Assembly (NCBI GenBank): GCA_002328405.1 | Contig: DCXM01000006.1 | Location: forward strand, 595,407-659,406 | DNA from: Proteobacteria bacterium UBA2136 | GTDB taxonomy: Bacteria > Pseudomonadota > Alphaproteobacteria > UBA2136 | DNA length: 64,000 bases | Direction of reading: 5' to 3' | Shown here: one piece after another, positions 57,850 through 64,000 of the stretch | Layout: every line of letters begins with the position of its first letter | How positions within the stretch are numbered: the stretch's first letter is position 1 | The notes under the pieces: generated by a model | Told to the model about the DNA's origin: nothing | The model's database searches: none | The model's input: the letters and a program-made list of their open reading frames with translations, nothing else | Made by a program: the position numbers and the translations under genes

Positions 57850-58437
57850 TTGGTGATGTTTTTAGTTGTTGGGCTTGGTAACCCTGGTTCCAAATATGAA
57901 AACAATCGCCATAACATAGGATTTAAAGCGGTGGATGATATATTCCACCGCTTTTCCTTTTCTGCTTGGTCGCAAAAATTTAATGCCGATATGGCAAAGG
58001 GTTCCATCGACCAACGCAAAGTTGTTCTTCTAAAGCCGATGACTTACATGAACAACAGTGGTGAGTCTGTGCAAAAGGCGATGGCTTATTTTAAGATAAA
58101 GCCTGAAAATGTCATTGTTTTGCATGACGAGCTGGACCTGCCACCCCTTAAAGTGCGTTATAAACTAGGCGGTGGAAATGGTGGCCATAACGGTTTAAAG
58201 TCTATCCAGCAACGCATTGGTACGGCAGATTTTTATCGCTTTCGGATTGGTGTCGGTCATCCTGGGTCAAAAGACCGCGTTTCTGGTTACGTTTTAAGTG
58301 ACTTTTCTAAGGTTGAGACGCCCTGTTTTGAAGATTTATGCGCCGACCTTTCAGCAGCATTCCCGATGATTTTGTCAGGTAAAGGGGAAAGGGTGGTCAG
58401 CGACCTTTCAATCTATGCGACAAAATTAAATGTGTAA
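57850..58437 (+). CDS. pth: Peptidyl-tRNA hydrolase
   Basis: LVVGLGNPGSKYENNRHNIGF N-terminus and catalytic His; GHNGLKS motif; adjacent to rplY. Confidence 0.92.
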   Translation: MVMFLVVGLGNPGSKYENNRHNIGFKAVDDIFHRFSFSAWSQKFNADMAKGSIDQRKVVLLKPMTYMNNSGESVQKAMAYFKIKPENVIVLHDELDLPPLKVRYKLGGGNGGHNGLKSIQQRIGTADFYRFRIGVGHPGSKDRVSGYVLSDFSKVETPCFEDLCADLSAAFPMILSGKGERVVSDLSIYATKLNV

Positions 58438-58509
58438 TCTTCTTTGTTCTTGCAATTTTTTCTAATTGTTATCATTATTTTAGGCTAAACAATAATAAAA
58501 GGCTTTCAA

Positions 58510-60330
58510 ATGCACGATATTATCACAGCCATTGCCATTGTTATGGTTTTGGGGATGAGTAGCCAGTGGGTTGCTTGGCGTCTAAAGGTTCCTGCCATTG
58601 TTTTAATGTTCTTGGCAGGTTTGTTTGTTGGCCCTATAACAGGTGTTTTTGACCCTTCAATGGTTTTCGAAGACTTTTTACGCCCCTTTGTTTCCATTGC
58701 CATTGCCATTATCTTATTTGAAGGTGGCCTTTCCCTTAAAATACAAGAACTGAAAGAAACAAAGAAGGCTGTGCGCCGGATGATTTTAGGTGCGCCACTT
58801 TCTTGGTTCTTAACAGCGGTCGCGGCTCATTATATTGCTGGCCTTTCTTGGCCGGTTGCCATTTTAATTGGCGGTATCTTGGTGGTGACAGGTCCCACTG
58901 TGATTATGCCCTTACTGCGCCAAGCAAGGTTAAACACCCGCGTTGGCTCGGTTTTGAAGTGGGAAGGTATTGTGAATGATCCAATCGGTGCGCTGTTTGC
59001 CGTATTAGCATATGAATATTTCACATTGTTTAGGGAAGCCGGCTCTATGGCAGGCAGTTTTTCTGCTTTCTTTGGCAGTACGGTGGTGGTTCTTTTGGCG
59101 TCCTATGGTCTTGCGCGTTTGATGGGTTGGGTTTTCACCAAAGGTTACGTGCCAGACTTTTTAAAGGTCCCAGTTATTTTAACATCGGTCATCACATCAT
59201 ATGTTGTGGCTAATCAACTTCAGCACGAGGCAGGTTTGGTTGCGGTCACCGTTTTGGGTGTGACTTTGGGTAACATGCGCCTTGCATCTATTGAGGAAAT
59301 TCGACGTTTTAAAGAAGCTGTAACATTGGTTTTTGTTTCAGCAGTCTTCGTGGTGTTGTCCGCCACTTTGAAGCCTGAGCAATTGGCTGTGTTAGACCTT
59401 CAAAGTGTGATGTTTATTGTGGCGTTGTTGGTGCTGGTACGTCCCTTAATGGTGATGATTGTCACCGCAGGGACCGAGCTGACTTGGCAAGAAAAAGTGA
59501 TGGTCAGCTGGATTGCGCCAAGGGGGGTGGTTTGTGTGGCTGTGGCTGGTATTTTTGCACCGGACATGATGGCCTATGGCTATGAAGATGCCAACAAGTT
59601 AATTCCGCTTTGTTTTGCCGTGGTTTTTGTGACTGTGGTTTTGCACGGGTTTTCCATCCGTTTCTTGGGGCGCAAGCTCGACTTGGTCGCCAAAAAGGAA
59701 AATGGCATTATGTTGGTGGGTGCATCGCCCATGGCTTTTGACTTGGCGGAGGTGATTCAGTCACGCGATATCCCTGTCATCGTTGCGGACAATAACTGGA
59801 ATAAGCTGAAGCCTATCCGCGTGGCTAACATTCGCACCTATTACGGTGAAATTTTAAGCGAAGAGGCAGAGCACCGGTTGGAATTTAACCAGTTTTCCTA
59901 CCTACTGGCATTGACCGACAGTGTGGCGTATAACTCGCTTGTTTGTTCGCGTTATGTGCATGAATTTGGTCGTGAGAACATTGCCCAGCTTGCAAGGCAA
60001 AAAGAAGACGAGGATGATCCACACGCTTACACCAACACGTTGCGTGGTAAAACCTTGGTGGGTGAGGAAATGGCTTTTGATAAATTTGGTCGCAAACATG
60101 CGCAAGGTTGGCGCTTTGTCAGTTCGCGACTCACGGAAACATACACCTATAAGGATTATCTTAAGCAAAAAGGTGAAAATTGTATTCCAATCATGGCGAT
60201 TACTGAAACAGGTAAAATTATATTCAACACCAAGGACAGTGAATATACACCCGGCCGTAATGATGTTTTGATTGCGTTTATGAAAATTGAACCAGAGCAA
60301 TTGGCCGCACAAACAGACGCCTATAAATAA
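58510..60330 (+). CDS. Na+/H+ antiporter (CPA1/NhaP-type) with C-terminal regulatory domain
   Basis: ~12 TM helices, Na_H_Exchanger-like N-terminal region MHDIITAIAIVMVLGMSSQWVAWRLKVPAIVLMFLAGLFVGP; 606 aa. Confidence 0.75.
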   Translation: MHDIITAIAIVMVLGMSSQWVAWRLKVPAIVLMFLAGLFVGPITGVFDPSMVFEDFLRPFVSIAIAIILFEGGLSLKIQELKETKKAVRRMILGAPLSWFLTAVAAHYIAGLSWPVAILIGGILVVTGPTVIMPLLRQARLNTRVGSVLKWEGIVNDPIGALFAVLAYEYFTLFREAGSMAGSFSAFFGSTVVVLLASYGLARLMGWVFTKGYVPDFLKVPVILTSVITSYVVANQLQHEAGLVAVTVLGVTLGNMRLASIEEIRRFKEAVTLVFVSAVFVVLSATLKPEQLAVLDLQSVMFIVALLVLVRPLMVMIVTAGTELTWQEKVMVSWIAPRGVVCVAVAGIFAPDMMAYGYEDANKLIPLCFAVVFVTVVLHGFSIRFLGRKLDLVAKKENGIMLVGASPMAFDLAEVIQSRDIPVIVADNNWNKLKPIRVANIRTYYGEILSEEAEHRLEFNQFSYLLALTDSVAYNSLVCSRYVHEFGRENIAQLARQKEDEDDPHAYTNTLRGKTLVGEEMAFDKFGRKHAQGWRFVSSRLTETYTYKDYLKQKGENCIPIMAITETGKIIFNTKDSEYTPGRNDVLIAFMKIEPEQLAAQTDAYK

Positions 60331-60402
60331 TAGCGTCTATTTGTTCTTGGCTTTTCGCTTTTTGTTTTTGTGGATTTTGCTTTTAATTGTCTTGGTGTGT
60401 TG

Positions 60403-60786
60403 CTATCCAACGTGACGCACCAAGGTGCATTGGGACAAATCATTGGCGTTGATAATCAAAACATTGCCACAAGATGAGATAATGGCGTGGGTGGCTTGAA
60501 TGTCGATCCCTTCATCCTTGCGGCGCTGTAATGCACTTTGAAGCAGTTGGCTGGCCTTGTCATCGTCTTCAATGGCGTCTGCAAGGTCGTCATACCCACC
60601 TACAACAAACACGCCGTAGCCCAATTCGTCATGCTCTTCTAAAATGGCTTGCACGTCGTCCATGTATGAATCGTCGGAGGATCTGCCAATTTCACGCAGT
60701 TGGTTGCAACATTCAAACATAGATTCCAATGTTGCTTCGCTGTTGTGCGTTTCTAGTTCCATATCAAAAGTGTTGTCATGCTCCAT
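60403..60786 (-). CDS. Hypothetical acidic protein
   Basis: 127-aa ORF, strongly acidic (DD/EE-rich); no motif recognised. Confidence 0.35.
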   Translation of the reverse strand: MEHDNTFDMELETHNSEATLESMFECCNQLREIGRSSDDSYMDDVQAILEEHDELGYGVFVVGGYDDLADAIEDDDKASQLLQSALQRRKDEGIDIQATHAIISSCGNVLIINANDLSQCTLVRHVG

Positions 60787-60926
60787 AAAACGTACCCTTT
60801 GAATTTTAAGTTGTATTCATATTTGTAAATTATATGCATATGATAGCAAATTATAAAAATAAAATTTCTGACATAGTTCATTTTCCTTCCTTGCAGTTTT
60901 GTTTTTGCGGCTGTAAAATCCACGTT

Positions 60927-62468
60927 ATGGAAAAAATATCTCAAAAATGGTTAAAACCCATCTCTGGCCCGTTGCTGTTGTGTATTGTAGATGGCTTTGG
61001 CCTGCGTGAAGAAAAGGCAGGTAACGCTGTTGCCCTTGCCAACACGCCAACCTTGGATGAATTGTATCAAACTTGCCCCCACGCACAATTGTGGACCCAC
61101 GGTGAATATGTGGGTTTGCCAGAAGGTCAAATGGGTAACAGCGAAGTCGGACACATGACCATTGGCGCAGGGCGCACCATTTTGCAAAAACTGGACGAAA
61201 TTAGGCAGGGTATGGACGATGTGGACGTGAGTCAATTGACCCAATCTGTGGAGGGTTCAGGCCATGTTCACCTCATCGGCTTGCTCAGTGATGGTGGGAT
61301 ACACAGCCATACGGACCATTTTGTTTTGATGTGTCAAAAGCTCAGCGCTTTAGGCAAGCCCATTTATGTCCATGCCATTTTAGATGGTCGGGACACCGCC
61401 CCGCAGGACGCGCTCAAACAAATTCAAAACTTCCAGCAGCAGGTGTCTGGGTTAGATGTCCATGTTGTGGACTTGATTGGTCGGTTTTATGCCATGGATA
61501 GGGACGGTAATGGCGATCGATTGCAAAAAGCTTATGACCTTTACACAAGGCGGATAGGCACAAAATTTGCCAACATTGATCAGGCTGTGCAAAGCCAGTA
61601 TGGCAAAGATTTGACCGATGAATTTTTTGAACCTTGTCTCCTTGAAGGATTCGAAAACTGTCAAATTCAAACAGGTGATGCTGTTGTCTTTATGAACTTT
61701 CGGGCGGATCGGATGCGCCAAATTGTCCGTAGCTTTATTGGCCTACCTGTGCCAATGCTTCAGCCGCAACAAAATGCTTTGCCTCAAGTTTGGTGTATGG
61801 CGGAATATGATAAAGCTTTTGAAGGTCAGGTTTTTGTACTTTTCCCACCCAGCCAACCCAAGATGACCTTGGGTGAAGTGGTGGCCGGTAGGGGTGGCAA
61901 ACAATTGCGGATTGCTGAAAGTGAAAAGTATGCCCATGTGACATTCTTCCTCAACGGTGGGCGTGAAAAACCCTTTGAGGGGGAGGACCGCATTGTCATA
62001 CCGTCGCCTAAAGTTAAAACATATGACTTACAACCTGAAATGTCTCTGCCAGAGGTAACCGAAAAGCTGACGGACGCCATATCAAATGGTGGCTATGACC
62101 TGATTGTTCTGAATATTGCCAATGGTGATCAGGTTGGTCACAGTGGCTCACTTGAAGCGTCGGTGACTGCGGTGGAACATATTGACAAATGCCTTGCGAA
62201 ACTTGTAAAACAGCTTAAGTCTGTAGGTGGTGAAATGTTGATGATTGCAGACCACGGCAACTGTGAAGAAATGTTTGCAAACGATGGTTCAATGATGACA
62301 TCTCACACGTTAAACCCAGTGCCCATTCTTTATGTTGGGCGACAAGGGGCAAGCGTTGAAAGTGGCTCGCTGAGGGACGTGGCACCCACGGCGCTCTCTT
62401 TACTGGGCTTGGATATCCCCAAGCAAATGACAGGTGAGGTGCTTGTTAAAATGAGAAAGGTTCTTTAA
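60927..62468 (+). CDS. gpmI: 2,3-bisphosphoglycerate-independent phosphoglycerate mutase
   Basis: iPGM motifs LLLCIVDGFG, SEVGHMTIGAGR, DGRDT; start taken at ATG 60927 (MEKISQKW) for normal length of ~513 aa. Confidence 0.9.
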   Translation: MEKISQKWLKPISGPLLLCIVDGFGLREEKAGNAVALANTPTLDELYQTCPHAQLWTHGEYVGLPEGQMGNSEVGHMTIGAGRTILQKLDEIRQGMDDVDVSQLTQSVEGSGHVHLIGLLSDGGIHSHTDHFVLMCQKLSALGKPIYVHAILDGRDTAPQDALKQIQNFQQQVSGLDVHVVDLIGRFYAMDRDGNGDRLQKAYDLYTRRIGTKFANIDQAVQSQYGKDLTDEFFEPCLLEGFENCQIQTGDAVVFMNFRADRMRQIVRSFIGLPVPMLQPQQNALPQVWCMAEYDKAFEGQVFVLFPPSQPKMTLGEVVAGRGGKQLRIAESEKYAHVTFFLNGGREKPFEGEDRIVIPSPKVKTYDLQPEMSLPEVTEKLTDAISNGGYDLIVLNIANGDQVGHSGSLEASVTAVEHIDKCLAKLVKQLKSVGGEMLMIADHGNCEEMFANDGSMMTSHTLNPVPILYVGRQGASVESGSLRDVAPTALSLLGLDIPKQMTGEVLVKMRKVL

Positions 62469-63602
62469 ATGCGCAATGTACTTGCACTGCTCAGCTTCAT
62501 GATTGCAACGGCTTTAATGGCACCTGTTTGTGTGGCTGAACAGGCCAAGTCGCTCAATGCGGTGGTAAGCCCTGTGGCGCAAGGTACAAGCGATGAAGAA
62601 ATGCGCTTGTTGGAACTTAAACGCCAAGAAGAAGAGCGCAAGCGCAAACAACGCATTGCCAAAAGAGTTGCTAAAATTAAAAAGCTGGAAGCTGAAATGG
62701 CGCAAACCGATAGCTTGATTATGAGCTTGAGCGATAAAATGTCCGCCATCGAAAAAGACATTGACCAGTTGTACGAACAAGAGGATGCCGCAAGGTTGAA
62801 GTTGCAAGGTAAATTGGCATTGTTTAATGCCACCGCCATGCAAATTGCCCGGCTGGAGAGAATGCCGCTGGAGGCGATGGCCGCCGCAACAAACTTGCGT
62901 TCAGGCTATGACCGCAAAAGCGTTGTTGAAAGTGGTCGAAAGTCCTTATCCAGTATTATTTATCAAAATCGTGATGATATTTACAAAATACAAGAAATTC
63001 GCATGCAGCGCCAAGACAAGATGGACGAGATTGAAGGCTTAAGACATAAAATGCTTGCCGAGCGAAAAAGTGTTCAAAACTTGTTCGATAAACAAGTTGA
63101 ATTGCTTTCTAAGGACTCTTCTTTAAAGGCTGATTTGATGCTTAAAGCCCAACAAACAAAACAATCTAAAACGGTGACGGACCTGTTAGAGCGTTATGAG
63201 GGGCGGGATGATTATTTACCGCCTGTGCGCCATGTTCTCAAAAAGTTGCCTGTCAAGGGTCAGGTTGTGGAAGCCTATAATCAAAGAAAACCGTCAGGTC
63301 TATTCTCCAAGGGAATACGTATTGAAACGGTGGCCAAAGAGCCAGTGGTGGGTTTAAAGGATGGCCGGGTAATTTACAGCGACACGTTTAGAGATTATGG
63401 CTTTATGGTGATTGTTGAACATTCCGACGGTTCGCACACCTTATACAGTGGTATGGAAAAAAGCTCGATCACGGTGGGAGACTTTGCACCCGCTGGGCAG
63501 GTTTTAGGTTTTATGTCTCCAAACAAAAGGCCAGAGCTTTACCTTGAAGTGCGCAAGAGCGGTAAAACCATCGACCCTGTAAAGTATTTGGCGTTAAACT
63601 AG
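62469..63602 (+). CDS. M23/LytM-domain murein hydrolase activator (EnvC-like) with N-terminal coiled coil
   Basis: Signal peptide, long coiled-coil region, C-terminal LytM domain GIRIETVAKEPVVGLKDGRVIYSDTFRDYGFMVIVEHSDGSHTLYSGM. Confidence 0.8.
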   Translation: MRNVLALLSFMIATALMAPVCVAEQAKSLNAVVSPVAQGTSDEEMRLLELKRQEEERKRKQRIAKRVAKIKKLEAEMAQTDSLIMSLSDKMSAIEKDIDQLYEQEDAARLKLQGKLALFNATAMQIARLERMPLEAMAAATNLRSGYDRKSVVESGRKSLSSIIYQNRDDIYKIQEIRMQRQDKMDEIEGLRHKMLAERKSVQNLFDKQVELLSKDSSLKADLMLKAQQTKQSKTVTDLLERYEGRDDYLPPVRHVLKKLPVKGQVVEAYNQRKPSGLFSKGIRIETVAKEPVVGLKDGRVIYSDTFRDYGFMVIVEHSDGSHTLYSGMEKSSITVGDFAPAGQVLGFMSPNKRPELYLEVRKSGKTIDPVKYLALN

Positions 63603-63684
63603 ATTATATCATTTTCGCCTTTTTTTTGCAGGAGACTTTCTGTAAGATTGATTTTGTTACGATTTAAATAAAAAGAAGAATATT

Positions 63685-64000
63685 ATGATTCCTACAACAT
63701 TTAAAAACGCACTTTTAGCATTTTTAACCATTTTGCTTTTGCCAACACAAGCTTTTTCCTTAAGCGAAGATGCATATGAAAAATTAGACATTTTAGCCAA
63801 TGTGTTTGAGCGTATTAAGTCCGCGTACGTTGAAGATGTTACCGATACAGACGTGCTAGAAGCAGCGATTAACGGCATGTTGGTGTCGCTCGACCCTCAT
63901 TCTTCTTACATGAATGTTGACAGCTTTAAAGACATGCGCGAGCAAACAAGCGGTGAGTTTGGTGGCCTTGGTATTGAGGTTACAATGGAGCGTGGTGTTG
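63685..64000 (+). CDS. ctpA: Carboxy-terminal processing protease CtpA (S41 family), 3'-truncated at window edge
   Basis: Signal peptide MIPTTFKNALLAFLTILLLPTQAFS; conserved S41 N-terminal region LDPHSSYM...GEFGGLGIEV; open to end of window. Confidence 0.8.
   Translation, partial: MIPTTFKNALLAFLTILLLPTQAFSLSEDAYEKLDILANVFERIKSAYVEDVTDTDVLEAAINGMLVSLDPHSSYMNVDSFKDMREQTSGEFGGLGIEVTMERGV

Overview
This looks like a proteobacterial chromosomal window of moderate A+T content. Housekeeping genes flank a roughly 21-kb A+T-rich integrative island sitting at a tRNA-Gln(UUG) gene.

Left flank: a 5'-truncated sdhA. It is followed by an unusual succinate-dehydrogenase module. SdhB has a 4-Cys third cluster motif and a C-terminal extension. 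Next comes a 145-aa ORF, then an HdrB-like double-CCG protein in place of a haem-b anchor. After that come mdh and sucC, a small lipoprotein gene wedged in, and sucD. Then two acidic proteins (one secreted) and an LpxR-like outer-membrane protein.

Island (about 14993-36394), listed from the tRNA inwards: a DUF4440-like gene next to tRNA-Gln, then a P4-type tyrosine integrase, an AlpA regulator and a Prim-Pol/DUF3987 primase. Cargo follows: a secreted thermonuclease and a Sel1-repeat protein. After that comes one uninterrupted minus-strand array: hsdM, hsdS, a DUF262/DUF1524 (GmrSD-like) gene, hsdR and a HEPN-like orf431, followed directly by a umuD-like gene, an unknown orf309 and umuC.

Right flank: a TPR lipoprotein, DUF218, ftsX and ftsE, a zinc-ribbon protein, tlpA, def-fmt-truA, dps and a one-piece tmRNA (ssrA). 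Then a secreted hypothetical, a PaaI thioesterase, mscS, yceI-cytb561-yceI and an Nnr dehydratase. Next is a secreted coiled-coil and split-vWA pair, a HIT gene, rplY-pth, an Na+/H+ antiporter, gpmI, an M23 EnvC-like peptidase and a 3'-truncated ctpA.

The points I consider most worth following up are: (1) the type E-like SDH module; (2) the unknown membrane-anchored gene sandwiched between umuD and umuC; (3) the HEPN-like gene coupled to the end of hsdR and the GmrSD-like gene embedded in the Type I RM operon; and (4) the island's att/arm sites and hairpin cluster.

All calls rest on motif recognition by eye. No database searches were run.
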